DNA of 64,000 nt from Myxococcota bacterium (GTDB lineage Bacteria > Myxococcota > UBA4151), in assembly GCA_036338695.1 (NCBI GenBank), contig JAYZBQ010000015.1, positions 90,892 through 154,891 on the forward strand. Reading direction: 5' to 3'. The position numbers and the translations under genes are program-made. The notes below the pieces were generated by a model that saw nothing but the letters and a program-made list of their open reading frames with translations, made no database searches and was not told where the DNA came from. The first letter of the stretch is position 1, and the number at the start of each line of letters is the position of its first letter. Of this stretch, positions 8,243-19,203 are shown piece by piece.

Positions 8243-10803
8243 TAGGAGCCTCCCTCAGACGCCGTAAGGCGGTCCTCGAGCGCAGCGATCTGTCGCTTCG
8301 CTTTCGCCTGAGCTTTCTTGAGCTCCTCGACGGCTCGACCCAGCTCGCCATCGCTGGCGCGCCGGGCTGCGCGCGCGCCGATCCGTTTGACGGTGTCGCG
8401 CGCTGCGCGCTTGACCGAGCCGAACAGGTCCCCCTCGGCGAGCGCGTGCACCGCCGGCGTGACGCTCGCTTCACCTAAAGCCTCGAGCGCCGACAAGGCG
8501 CGGATGCGCACCCGCATCTCCGGGTCGTTGAGGAGGGGCGTGAGCGTGTGCGCCGCTCGCTGCCGGACACGCGCATCGAGCAAGCCAGCGATTCGGCCAT
8601 AAGCCTGCATCGCTGCGCTGCGTCCGTTCTTGGGCGTGCCACGCCCGAGCAGAGGGGCCAGCGTCTCGAGGCTCTGCTCGTCGGGGAACTGAGCGAGGCA
8701 GGAGGCCGCTGTCGATCGGATCAGGTCACGATAGCTGCTGCGACCAAGGGCTGCGACGAGGTCGGCGCGCACCGCCTCGGACCGACTGCTCGCCAAGCCG
8801 CGCAGCGCCGCTGCGACGACGTACTCGCTCTCGTGGGTCCCTGCGAGGTCCCGCAGGTACTCAAGGGAGCGCTCGTCGGCGCCTTTGCCGAGGGAGGGTA
8901 AGACCATCCTGAGGGAGCGTCGGCAGAGCGAGGGCAGCGCTTCGAGCAGCTCGGCTCGTGGCGCGCCGTCCAAGGCGGAGAGCACCTTAGCGGCTTCTCC
9001 ACGCAGCGCAAAGAACGCCTCGGTGTCGCGAGCGAGCTTGAGCAGCGCCGCACGAACCTGCGGCTTGTGCGCGTGCTTCGCGAGATTGCTCAGCGCCCGC
9101 TTACGCGCTCGGTACCCCGGCGCATGGGCGAGCTGATGCAGCCAGGCGGCGGCGTCTTTGCCCGACCAAGTGATGGAGCACAGGAGGTCATAGTCCGGGT
9201 CGAGCACGAGCGCAGCGGGCGCTCGTTTACACGCAAAAGTGTAGGTGCTCTTGCGCTCGGTGACCGGCACGACCACGCGCTGCGCTCGGCCCGCCTTGTC
9301 GAGGATATCGAGCGGGAGATCGAGCGTGAACACCTCACGGTTGCTCTTCTTCGCCTGCGTCTGCTCGATCGTCACGGTGCATACACCCAACCGCTTATCA
9401 TAGGCGGCGCTGGCTTTGAGTTCGGGGTGACCGCGGTCGTAGAGCCACTGCTCGACGAAGCCGTCGAGCGGCACGCCGGTCGCGTCTTCAAAGGCGATCT
9501 TCAGCTCATGGGTCTCAGCCGCTTTGCCGAAGAAGCGCCTGACGTAGAGCGCCAAGCCCTTGCGGAACAGGCGCTCGCCGAGGTGGCGTCGCAGCATATG
9601 CACCACCATCATGGATTTGGGGTAGCTGTGCCCATCGAAGAGCTCTTCAGGGTCGCCGTAGCTGTGCGTCACGATCGCTCGGCGGTAGTCGCCAGCAGCC
9701 TCGGCGAAGTACCAAGCGCTGTCCTCTTCGAGACGATACTCAAACCAGTCTCGGCCGCGGACGTGCTCAAAGTACATGGGGTCCAGGTAGGACGCGAAGC
9801 CTTCGTTGAGCCACAGGTGTCCCCACGACTTTGGCGTGATCAGGTCGCCGAACCACTGATGGACGAGCTCGTGGCAGACGATGCTCTGCGGATCCGTCTC
9901 GCCGGCGAGGTGAGCGGGTGGGGGGATGTCCTCGTGGAAGACGCTCATCGTGGTGTCTTCCATGGCGCCCCAGGTGTAATCCTGCACGATGACTTGGTCG
10001 TAGCGAGCGTAAGGGTATGGACAGCCCGTCAGCTCCCCGAGGAACTCGAGCATCTGAGGCGTCTCGCCGAAGGTGCGCTCGAGGCGCTCACCTTGTCCGG
10101 GGGGCGCGAGATACCGCAAGGGCACGTCGGCGCGGTCGTCGTCGACGACGTCGAAGGCCCCCACGACGATCGTGACCAGGTAGTTGGAGTGCGGGATGTC
10201 GTGCAGCCAATGGGTGGTGACCCAGCCGTCGGCTCGTGTCTCGCTGAGCTGGGCGCCGTTAGCCAAACCCATCAGGTGCTCACGCACCGTCAGGACGACC
10301 TCACTGGTGAGCTTGTTGGTGGGGTGGTCGAGGCCAGGAAACCAGTGGTGGTTGTCCTCGGACTCCCCCTGGCTCCAGATGACCCGCGGTTTGTCGGGGT
10401 AAGCCTCGTCAGGCTCGATAAAGTAGAGCCCCTTTTGTGGCTTGGTGAAATAGTCGACGCGCACCGACGCTTTGCCGTTCGCTCGGGGCGCCCGCTTGAG
10501 CAGGACCGTGAGCTTGCGATCGTCGTAGTCGTAATCAAGCGCTGCGCCGCTGCCGTCATAGACGCCGCGGATCTCCATGTGCGCGGCGTCCAGAACGACC
10601 TCACGGGTTTTTCCGGGGATGGCGCGCAGGCTCAGTGTCGAGGAGCCCTCCACAGTGTGGGCTTGGTCGTCGACCGTGATCTCGAGCTTGAGGTGCGTCA
10701 CCTCGAAGTTGCGCGCCCGCAGCCACTGGGGCTTCGACGCCTCGTCGGTAAACTGTAGGCGGTCGATGTCGTCCCGGTGCCATTCAATCCAAGTGCGCGG
10801 CAT
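8242..10803 (-). CDS. pepN: M1 family aminopeptidase with C-terminal HEAT-like repeats
   Basis: GAMED and HELVH-x18-E zinc motif, plus an Ala/Leu/Arg-rich helical repeat tail. ATG at 10803 follows GGAGAGGG. Confidence 0.88.
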   Translation of the reverse strand: MPRTWIEWHRDDIDRLQFTDEASKPQWLRARNFEVTHLKLEITVDDQAHTVEGSSTLSLRAIPGKTREVVLDAAHMEIRGVYDGSGAALDYDYDDRKLTVLLKRAPRANGKASVRVDYFTKPQKGLYFIEPDEAYPDKPRVIWSQGESEDNHHWFPGLDHPTNKLTSEVVLTVREHLMGLANGAQLSETRADGWVTTHWLHDIPHSNYLVTIVVGAFDVVDDDRADVPLRYLAPPGQGERLERTFGETPQMLEFLGELTGCPYPYARYDQVIVQDYTWGAMEDTTMSVFHEDIPPPAHLAGETDPQSIVCHELVHQWFGDLITPKSWGHLWLNEGFASYLDPMYFEHVRGRDWFEYRLEEDSAWYFAEAAGDYRRAIVTHSYGDPEELFDGHSYPKSMMVVHMLRRHLGERLFRKGLALYVRRFFGKAAETHELKIAFEDATGVPLDGFVEQWLYDRGHPELKASAAYDKRLGVCTVTIEQTQAKKSNREVFTLDLPLDILDKAGRAQRVVVPVTERKSTYTFACKRAPAALVLDPDYDLLCSITWSGKDAAAWLHQLAHAPGYRARKRALSNLAKHAHKPQVRAALLKLARDTEAFFALRGEAAKVLSALDGAPRAELLEALPSLCRRSLRMVLPSLGKGADERSLEYLRDLAGTHESEYVVAAALRGLASSRSEAVRADLVAALGRSSYRDLIRSTAASCLAQFPDEQSLETLAPLLGRGTPKNGRSAAMQAYGRIAGLLDARVRQRAAHTLTPLLNDPEMRVRIRALSALEALGEASVTPAVHALAEGDLFGSVKRAARDTVKRIGARAARRASDGELGRAVEELKKAQAKAKRQIAALEDRLTASEGGS

Positions 10804-10960
10804 ACCCTCTCCCTCAGCCTTGGCGCAGCGGTGCGCCGACGCCTGGGTTTCAGCACTGAGCCGCCTCCTGCGCAAGGCTTTCTCGATCATTCCGCACACG
10901 GCTCTGGATCTTGCGTGACCTTTTCGTGCACAACGGAGCGCAACGGGGATGGGAGCGGTT

Positions 10961-12139
10961 ATGCGTCATTTGAGCTGGGGTATCGTCATGGCGGTCGCAG
11001 CGTGTTCGGACCCACCCGAGATGACGCCGAGGCCGCTCGACTCGGGTGTCGTGCGTCTGCAAGACGCTGGGCGGTCGGCTCTTCCCGACGCTGTTGCTAC
11101 GCGTGACGCAGGCGGCTCGGTGGTCGAAGACGGCGGCGACGTCTCGGACGCAGGCGCCGAGGTGGACGCTGGCGTGACGCCACCTGCGGACGCGGGCGCA
11201 CCTCCGCCGCCGGCGCGCTTCAAGCGCTTTGTTGCGATCGGGGATGTGGGCGAGGGGAACGCGAAGCAGCATCGTGTCGCCGAGTCGATCGAGCGGGTCT
11301 GCGCCGAGCTGGGCGGCTGCGACTTTGGCATGCTGCTGGGTGACAACCATTACGACAGCGGCGGCGAGGGCGCTGACGACCCACTCTGGGCGCGGCACTT
11401 CGAGCTCCCGTATGGCGGCGTAGTCCATGAGTGCCCTGGGTTTGACGGCGCCGAAGCGTCGCATGATCTGGGTTTCCCGTTCTACGCTGTGTTGGGCAAC
11501 CATGACCTCGGTGGAGACGGGCTTGGGCTTGATCTGGACATCTTCAAAGCCGACCACCAGATCGCCTACGGACAGCGGAATCCGCAGTGGATCATGCCGA
11601 ATCGCTACTACCAACAAGATCTCGACCCGGTCTATTTGCTGGGCCTCAACACCACGGCGATGTTCTTCGATCGAGCAGACGATCAAGCGCGCGAGGTGCG
11701 GCAGTGGATCGACGACGCGCCGGAGGATCGTTGGTCCATCGCCTTCGGACATCACCCCTACATCTCGAACGGCCCTCACGGTAACGCAGGCGACTACGAG
11801 CGCATCCCTGAGATCCTGCAGCGCATCACGCCCAATTGGACCTATTTCCGGGGCGCTTATGTGCAGCGGTTTATGGAGCAAGAGATCTGCGAACGTGTGG
11901 ACGTGTACCTGGCAGGTCATGACCACAGCCGCCAGGACCTTGGCGAGCGCTGCGGGACCCAGTTCCTCGTCAGCGGCGCAGGGGCAAAGACCACCGACCT
12001 GCGCGACGGGGACAACCAGGTCCCTTGGGAGGCAGACACGGAGGGGTTCTTGTTGATGGAAGCCACGCCTGAGCAGCTGGTGTTTCGAATGTATGACATC
12101 GACGGCGTGCTCGAGCATGAGCGGGTCGTCCGGCGCTGA
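10961..12139 (+). CDS. Purple acid phosphatase (TRAP-like) metallophosphoesterase, lipoprotein
   Basis: Lipobox VAAC and a DAG-rich linker. All five PAP motifs are present: GDVG, GDNHY, GNHD, GHHP, GHDH. Confidence 0.88.
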   Translation: MRHLSWGIVMAVAACSDPPEMTPRPLDSGVVRLQDAGRSALPDAVATRDAGGSVVEDGGDVSDAGAEVDAGVTPPADAGAPPPPARFKRFVAIGDVGEGNAKQHRVAESIERVCAELGGCDFGMLLGDNHYDSGGEGADDPLWARHFELPYGGVVHECPGFDGAEASHDLGFPFYAVLGNHDLGGDGLGLDLDIFKADHQIAYGQRNPQWIMPNRYYQQDLDPVYLLGLNTTAMFFDRADDQAREVRQWIDDAPEDRWSIAFGHHPYISNGPHGNAGDYERIPEILQRITPNWTYFRGAYVQRFMEQEICERVDVYLAGHDHSRQDLGERCGTQFLVSGAGAKTTDLRDGDNQVPWEADTEGFLLMEATPEQLVFRMYDIDGVLEHERVVRR

Positions 12140-12266
12140 GTTCGCCTTAGCGCCCCATGAGGGACGATCGGGCGGAGGCCGCCAGGACGGCGGTTGGTAC
12201 CGAGCGCACCTTGTCCTGCCCACGCTTCCTTGGCACCATGCCGGATGCCTACCGGGGGGACAGCGG

Positions 12267-12884
12267 ATGATGAGATGGCTTGTGATCGTAGCCGCGAGCG
12301 CGCTGAGCGCGTGCGGTGCCCCGCCTGCGACCGGAACCGATGGCGGCGACCGCCCGATCGCCGAGGATGCGGGCGGGCCGTTGAGCGATGCTGGCTCCGA
12401 CGGTTCGGACGCCGGAGCGGAGGTGCCCGATACGGGCGGTCTGGCCGACAGCGGGAGCGGCTCGGTCGACGTAGGGGGTGCTCCGGGTGACGCAGGGACC
12501 GTTACGGTCGATGCCAGCGTGGACGCAGGCGCTGGAGCGGGTCTGCAGCCGACGATCTGCTCGATCTGGGAGAGCCAGATCTTCTCGGGCTGCGCCAACG
12601 GTTATTGTCACGGTGGAGGCGCTGGCGGCTTTCGTATGGACCACAGCAGCGCACAGGCTCTGCATGATTCGATCGTGAACGTCGAGAGCCAAGCTCGTAT
12701 GTATTACGTCGTGCCCGAGAACGACCGCATGAGCTACCTGATCAACAAGCTCGATGGCACGCAGGGTCAGCTGGTCTCTGGCGCTGGTGAGCGCATGCCT
12801 CCGGGCGGTGGCTACCTGAGCTTTGACCAGCTGGAGGTGTTGAGGCGCTGGATCAACGACGGCGCATCGGCCGACTGTCCCTAA
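12267..12884 (+). CDS. Lipoprotein with DAG-repeat linker and a cytochrome c-like domain (CX4CH)
   Basis: Lipobox LSAC. CANGYCH at 12591-12611 and a C-terminal RMPP...L...RWINDGA, similar to planctomycete-type cytochrome c domains. Confidence 0.7.
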   Translation: MMRWLVIVAASALSACGAPPATGTDGGDRPIAEDAGGPLSDAGSDGSDAGAEVPDTGGLADSGSGSVDVGGAPGDAGTVTVDASVDAGAGAGLQPTICSIWESQIFSGCANGYCHGGGAGGFRMDHSSAQALHDSIVNVESQARMYYVVPENDRMSYLINKLDGTQGQLVSGAGERMPPGGGYLSFDQLEVLRRWINDGASADCP

Positions 12885-12910
12885 TCCACAACGCCGCTCA
12901 TCACGGTTTC

Positions 12911-12944
12911 AAAAAACCAGAAACGGCGGAGCGTTGCCCCGCCG
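12911..12944 (-). terminator. Intrinsic terminator of the small basic protein gene
   Basis: Minus strand reads CGGCGGGGC-AAC-GCTCCGCCG followed by TTTCTGGTTTTTT. Confidence 0.7.
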
Positions 12945-12974
12945 CCTACACCGCCACAAGACGGTTGGATGAGC

Positions 12975-13115
12975 TTACTTCGCCTTGGGCTCGCCGAAGA
13001 GCTCTTCGTAGCTCTTGGTCGTGCCGTTGGTGCGCACCGCAGCCTTGCGCCGTGTCCCCATGCGGACCTTTTTCGCGGCGCGGATCTTGCGAGTCGTTTG
13101 CGTCTTGCTAGCCAT
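12975..13115 (-). CDS. 46-aa highly basic small protein (MASKTQTTRKIRAAKKVRMGTRRKAAVRTNGTTKSYEELFGEPKAK)
   Basis: GAGGAGG RBS 5 nt before the ATG. 14 of 46 residues are K/R. Has its own candidate promoter and terminator. Confidence 0.85.
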   Translation of the reverse strand: MASKTQTTRKIRAAKKVRMGTRRKAAVRTNGTTKSYEELFGEPKAK

Positions 13116-13130
13116 GGTGACCTCCTCGTT

Positions 13131-13169
13131 GCGGGGGGCGGCTATAAAGAAGGGGGCCAAGCCGCGCAA
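13131..13169 (-). promoter_or_regulatory. Putative sigma70-type promoter with GC-rich discriminator
   Basis: Minus strand TTGCGC-17 bp-TATAGC followed by CGCCCCCCGC. Confidence 0.55.
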
Positions 13170-13185
13170 GCAGTTTCCGGCACCT

Positions 13186-13869
13186 TTAGGGGATGAGGCC
13201 GGCTTGAAACAAGAGCGCCGCGACCAGGCCATAGACCATGAGCGCGCCCAGAAAGAGAGCGCTCGCCTGCAGGCGTCGTTGGTCGGGTACGGCTATCCAG
13301 TCGTTGCAGCATTGGTAATACATGCGAACGCTGATTGCGTAGCCTGCGATGACCGTGACGGCTCCGGCGGTCCAGGAGAAGGGGGCCAGTATGCGCGCCG
13401 CAGCGGTCCCGATCAGCGCAGGCACTAGCGCGTGGGTCGCAAAGGTGCGCCATCGATAACGGTTTTCGCTCGCAGGGATATCGAACAAGAGGTTGAGGCC
13501 AGGCATCACCAGCGCAAGGACCGTCGGGAGGATCGCCACCGCCAACAGGTCGGCGGTCACCTTGGCGAGGATCCCGCTCGGCTGGAGGCTCAACAGCGCC
13601 GTCAAAAACGCAGCGAGCGCCGGGAGCAGGTACACGCTCATCGACGCAGCGTCTGCGTGTCGAGCTCGGTTCTGGAGCATCAGCGCATCGAGGGTGGCGC
13701 CAGGCTCAAAGCACAGCCCGGTCATGCGCTCGCGAATCTCGACCAGGCCGGCGCGTGTGCGGACTTGAGCCACGATCAGCCGCATCGATTTTTCTGCACC
13801 GAGTCGCATCGTCGTCACTTCGAGACCTAAAAATGGAACCGCTGGGTTATCGCAGTAAGCGCCGACCAA
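13186..13869 (-). CDS. Hypothetical multi-pass membrane protein, possibly Yip1-like (start uncertain)
   Basis: About five hydrophobic segments after a FEPGATLDAL motif. Confidence 0.6.
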   Translation of the reverse strand: MVGAYCDNPAVPFLGLEVTTMRLGAEKSMRLIVAQVRTRAGLVEIRERMTGLCFEPGATLDALMLQNRARHADAASMSVYLLPALAAFLTALLSLQPSGILAKVTADLLAVAILPTVLALVMPGLNLLFDIPASENRYRWRTFATHALVPALIGTAAARILAPFSWTAGAVTVIAGYAISVRMYYQCCNDWIAVPDQRRLQASALFLGALMVYGLVAALLFQAGLIP

Positions 13870-13924
13870 GTCGATAAATTTGTCGGGTGCACGCCCAAAC
13901 CCGCGCGAGTGGGTGCAACCTTGC

Positions 13925-14919
<995 letters not shown>

Positions 14920-14975
14920 CCGTTAGATCTAGAGCGCGCAGCGCCGACCCGGTGCGTCGTGCGGAAAGGAACCCC

Positions 14976-15632
14976 GTGTCCTGGCTTGTGAAAACGTTTG
15001 CCAGCCCCATCGGTCAGAAAGTGCTGACAGCGCTGACCGGTTTGGGTTTGGTCGGATTTCTGGTGATGCACCTGCTCGGCAACCTCAACCTGTACCGAGG
15101 TGAAGAGGCGATCAACGAGTACGCACATCTGCTTCACGCGATCCCCGGCTTTCCGCTGATCGAGGCGGGGTTGGTGCTGTGCTTCCTGGCGCACATCGCC
15201 CTCGTTTTTAATCTGACGCGGCTGAACCGAGCGGCGCGTGGGCAGGACTATTCGGTCAAGGCGTCCAAGCAGCGTGGGACGCTCGGGCGGGCGCTGGTCA
15301 GCACCTACATGGGCGTGAGCGGTCTGGTGGTCTTGATCTTCGTGATCGTCCACGTCGCCGACATGCGCATGGCGCGTGGTACCTATGAGAGCCTCTACGA
15401 TCACATCCACTCGGTCCTCGGTGTGGGCTGGAAAGCCGGCTTGTACATGGTCGGCTCGGCCTTTGTGGGCTGGCACCTGTGGCACGGCTTTCAGAGCTCG
15501 TTTCGCTCCCTTGGGCTAGGGCACGCTAAGTATTCGCCGCTGCTCGAGAAGGCGGGCACGGCGTTGAGCATTGTCCTGACGATCGGCTTCGTCTCGATCC
15601 CGCTGTGGATCCTCTTGAAGGGAGGTCAGTGA
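14976..15632 (+). CDS. sdhC: Succinate dehydrogenase cytochrome b subunit
   Basis: K..TALTG, HLLGNL and HLWHG with His in the TM helices. GTG start follows AAAGGA. Confidence 0.92.
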   Translation: MSWLVKTFASPIGQKVLTALTGLGLVGFLVMHLLGNLNLYRGEEAINEYAHLLHAIPGFPLIEAGLVLCFLAHIALVFNLTRLNRAARGQDYSVKASKQRGTLGRALVSTYMGVSGLVVLIFVIVHVADMRMARGTYESLYDHIHSVLGVGWKAGLYMVGSAFVGWHLWHGFQSSFRSLGLGHAKYSPLLEKAGTALSIVLTIGFVSIPLWILLKGGQ

Positions 15633-17548
15633 TGACCTTGGATGGGAAGTGTCCCGACGGACCGCTCGCAAATCGCTGGAAGCATCATAAGGCGAACAAC
15701 CTGAAGCTGGTCGGACCGATCAATCGCCGCAAATACAAAGTGATCGTGGTGGGCTCGGGGCTCGCTGGAGCCTCGGCTGCGGCGACGCTGGCAGAGCAGG
15801 GTTATCAAGTGACCTGCATCTCGTTCCATGACAGCCCGCGCCGAGCGCACTCCATCGCAGCCCAGGGCGGTATCAACGCGGCCAAGAACTATCAGAACGA
15901 CAACGACAGCGCCTTTCGGCTGTTCTACGATACGATCAAAGGCGGCGACTTCCGGGCGCGTGAGTCGAACGTTCACCGGCTGGCTGAGGTCTCTGAGAAC
16001 ATCATCGATCAAGCCGTGGCTCAGGGTGTTCCCTTCGCACGTGAATACGGCGGAACGCTGAGCAACCGAACCTTTGGCGGGGTGCTGGTCTCGCGTACGT
16101 TCTACGCCGCCGGCCAGACGGGGCAGCAGCTCCTTCTCGGCGCGTACTCGAGCCTCATGCGGCAGGTCGATCTCGGACACGTCAACATGCTCACGTACAA
16201 GGACATGCTCGACGTGGTGGTCGTGGATGGTCACGCTCGAGGCGTGATCCTTCGTGACATCAAGACCGGCGAGCTGTCGGTGGAGATGGCGAACACCGTG
16301 GTGCTTTGCACCGGCGGGTACTCGAACGTCTTTTACCTGTCGACTAACGCCATGAAGTCGAACGTGTCAGCGACCTGGCGAGCCCACAAACGTGGCGCCT
16401 ACATGGCGAACCCGTGTTACACGCAGATTCACCCGACCTGTATCCCGCAGTCGGGTCATCACCAAAGCAAGCTCACGCTGATGTCCGAGAGTTTACGCAA
16501 CGACGGCAGGGTGTGGGTCCCGAGCGCGTCAGGAGACGCCCGCAAGGCGGGGCAGATTCCAGACGCCGAGCGTGACTACTACCTCGAGCGCAAGTACCCC
16601 ACCTTTGGCAACATGGTGCCTCGAGATGTGGCGAGCCGAAACGCCAAGTACGTGTGTGATGACGGGCGCGGAGTGGGCGCCACCGGACGAGCCGTCTATC
16701 TCGACTTCCGTGACGCCATCGCTCGAGACGGTGAAGACACGATCCGCACCAAGTACGGTAACTTGTTTCAGATGTATCAGAAGATTACTGGAGACAACCC
16801 GTACCAGACCCCCATGCAGATCTACCCGGCGCCGCACTACACGATGGGCGGCTTGTGGGTCGACTACAACCTCGAGTCGAACATCCCCGGGCTGTTTGTC
16901 TGCGGCGAGGCGAACTTCTCAGATCATGGCTCGAACCGCCTCGGCGCCTCGGCGCTGATGCAGGGGCTCGCCGACGGGTACTTTGTGTTGCCGTACACGC
17001 TGGCGAACTACCTCGCTGATGAGAAACCGGGCGTCGCCGACGCGCAATGCGATGCGGCTCAAGAAGCGCTCAAGAGCGTCCAAGAGCGCCTGGACACGCT
17101 CGTGGGGATCCAAGGCAAGCGCAGCGTCGAGAGCTTCCACCGTGAGCTGGGGCTGCTCCTGCTCGACAAATGCGGTATGAGTCGCTCCAAAGAGGGCCTC
17201 GAGGGCGCTCGGGCGCACATCCGTAACCTGCGCGACGAGTTCTGGTCCGATGTGCGGGTGCCCGTGGCGGGTGGACCGCTCAACCAAGAGCTCGAAAAGG
17301 CGGCGCGTGTCGCCGACTTCCTCGAGTTCGGTGAGCTGATGGTGGTGGACGCGCTCAACCGGGAGGAGAGCTGCGGCGGGCACTTCCGCGAGGAGCACCA
17401 GACCGATGAGGGCGAAGCACGGCGAGACGATGAGAACTGGCAGCATGTCTCGGCGTGGGAGTTCACCGGTGTCGGTGAAGAGCCTGTCGAACAAAAAGAG
17501 CAGCTGACCTTCGAGTTCGTGCAACCCAGCCAAAGGAGCTACAAATGA
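15632..17548 (+). CDS. sdhA: Succinate dehydrogenase/fumarate reductase flavoprotein subunit
   Basis: Motifs [33 protein letters not shown] and [10 protein letters not shown]. Confidence 0.96.
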   Translation: MTLDGKCPDGPLANRWKHHKANNLKLVGPINRRKYKVIVVGSGLAGASAAATLAEQGYQVTCISFHDSPRRAHSIAAQGGINAAKNYQNDNDSAFRLFYDTIKGGDFRARESNVHRLAEVSENIIDQAVAQGVPFAREYGGTLSNRTFGGVLVSRTFYAAGQTGQQLLLGAYSSLMRQVDLGHVNMLTYKDMLDVVVVDGHARGVILRDIKTGELSVEMANTVVLCTGGYSNVFYLSTNAMKSNVSATWRAHKRGAYMANPCYTQIHPTCIPQSGHHQSKLTLMSESLRNDGRVWVPSASGDARKAGQIPDAERDYYLERKYPTFGNMVPRDVASRNAKYVCDDGRGVGATGRAVYLDFRDAIARDGEDTIRTKYGNLFQMYQKITGDNPYQTPMQIYPAPHYTMGGLWVDYNLESNIPGLFVCGEANFSDHGSNRLGASALMQGLADGYFVLPYTLANYLADEKPGVADAQCDAAQEALKSVQERLDTLVGIQGKRSVESFHRELGLLLLDKCGMSRSKEGLEGARAHIRNLRDEFWSDVRVPVAGGPLNQELEKAARVADFLEFGELMVVDALNREESCGGHFREEHQTDEGEARRDDENWQHVSAWEFTGVGEEPVEQKEQLTFEFVQPSQRSYK

Positions 17549-18309
17549 GTTCCAACCTCAACCTAACGTTGAAAGTCTGGCGTCAGGGTGACGCCTCCGA
17601 AAAGGGCGCCTTTGAGACCTACCAGCTCTCGGACGTGAGCCCAGACAGCTCGTTTCTCGAGATGCTTGACCAGCTCAATGAGCAGCTGATCCAAGAGGGC
17701 AAGATGCCCGTCACGTTCGAGCATGATTGCCGTGAAGGGATCTGCGGGTCCTGTGGCTTCATGATCAACGGGCAAGCGCATGGACCTGAGCGTGGCACGA
17801 CCGTTTGTCAGCTTCACATGCGCAGCTTTAAGTCGGGCGAGACCTTGGTCCTTGAGCCCTGGCGGGCGCAAGCCTTCCCGGTGCTGCGCGACCTGTTGGT
17901 CGACCGCTCGCCTTTTGACCGGATCCAGCAAGCTGGCGGGTACTGCTCGACCAACGTAGGGAACGCCCCCGAGGCGAACAGCAACCTGATGGGCCGTGAT
18001 GATGCGGCGCAGGCTTTCCACGCTGCGGCATGCATCGGATGCGGCGCCTGTGTGGCGAGCTGTAAAAACGCGTCGGCGAGCTTGTTTACGGCAGCAAAGA
18101 TCGGGCACCTCGCGCACACCCCTCAGGGGCAGCCCGAGCGGGCGCGTCGCGCAGCACGGATGGTGGAGACGATGGAGCTCGAAGGCTTCGGCGCCTGCTC
18201 GAACACCTACGAGTGTGAGGCAGCGTGTCCCAAAGAGATCTCTGTGAAGTTCATCCAGCAGATGAACCGAGAGTACATGCGGGCGAAGTTGACGGACGAA
18301 GAATACTAG
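17545..18309 (+). CDS. sdhB: Succinate dehydrogenase/fumarate reductase iron-sulfur subunit
   Basis: Motifs [16 protein letters not shown]...C and [12 protein letters not shown]. Confidence 0.96.
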   Translation: MSSNLNLTLKVWRQGDASEKGAFETYQLSDVSPDSSFLEMLDQLNEQLIQEGKMPVTFEHDCREGICGSCGFMINGQAHGPERGTTVCQLHMRSFKSGETLVLEPWRAQAFPVLRDLLVDRSPFDRIQQAGGYCSTNVGNAPEANSNLMGRDDAAQAFHAAACIGCGACVASCKNASASLFTAAKIGHLAHTPQGQPERARRAARMVETMELEGFGACSNTYECEAACPKEISVKFIQQMNREYMRAKLTDEEY

Positions 18310-18343
18310 TGCGGCGTTTCGGCTGTCGCCGAGGGGGGCGACG

Positions 18344-19081
18344 ATGATCGCCGCGGCTGCGCTGCAGCGTATCCGCAGCGAGATCGCTCAAGGCAAGCCA
18401 GAGTTTGCGCTGCTCCGGCGCGACGGGCTCGCGGTAACGACCCGCTACATTGACCGTTTTGTCTGCCCGCTCGGACCCGTGTGGATCATCGCGTTGCCCG
18501 CGCTTGAGGGGCGCAGCGTGGTGCTGACCGCCGACGAGCAGCTCAAAGGTCACGTGGCGGTGGGGAAAAGGATCTTCTCCTTTTCGTCCCATGTGGTGGC
18601 GCCGCAGGCGACCCTGGAGCGCGAGGGCGTCTCGGAGCGTCGCGTGGCCCTAATCGCCGAGCCAAGCGACTACGCTGAGGTGCAGCGGCGCCGCTGGCAC
18701 CGGGTCCGCAGTGAAGAGACATTGATCGGCGCTGCGACCCTCTACTTCGAGTCGAGCCGAGTGATTCAAGGGGCGTCGTTTGAGCTCCAGCGCGGGATGG
18801 TGGATACCCCCGTGACGGTCGTGAACTTGAGCGGGGGCGGCGTCTGTTTCGAGGCGCCGCTGAGTCTCGCTCATGAGCTCCAGGTCGGCGACCTCGTCCG
18901 CTTGCGCATCGACCTCCACCGGGGCCAGGAGCCGTTTGGCTTCTCGGCGCAGGTTCGGAACCGCCAGCGTACCTCAGATGGGCTGCGTTACGGGGTCTCG
19001 TTTCACGGTGATGACCGCTTGTTTGGTGAGATCTCGGCGCGTGCGCTTCATCTCGTCTTTTTACTGCAGACGGACGACTGA
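18344..19081 (+). CDS. PilZ domain protein (YcgR-like architecture)
   Basis: c-di-GMP motifs QRRRWHR (RxxxR) and NLSGGG (NxSxxG), plus a YGVSF terminal strand. Confidence 0.82.
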   Translation: MIAAAALQRIRSEIAQGKPEFALLRRDGLAVTTRYIDRFVCPLGPVWIIALPALEGRSVVLTADEQLKGHVAVGKRIFSFSSHVVAPQATLEREGVSERRVALIAEPSDYAEVQRRRWHRVRSEETLIGAATLYFESSRVIQGASFELQRGMVDTPVTVVNLSGGGVCFEAPLSLAHELQVGDLVRLRIDLHRGQEPFGFSAQVRNRQRTSDGLRYGVSFHGDDRLFGEISARALHLVFLLQTDD

Positions 19082-19203
19082 TCAAGGCCTACCCGGGTTC
19101 TGGTGACAGCCCCTTCACTTCGTTTCGAGCGGCCTGTTGACACGACGCGAAGGCAGCCGCCATGTAGCTAGCGCGGCGAGCGTATTCGCTGCCTGGAGAC
19201 GAC

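Noticed and set aside
10804..10899. Upstream ORF-track extensions of several genes (pepN to 10899, addA to 38417, 12093 start, HU/IHF from 21128, crp from 46182, 63966 start)
   Set aside because: Downstream starts have better RBSs, stop/start coupling or signal peptides, so the shorter coordinates were used.
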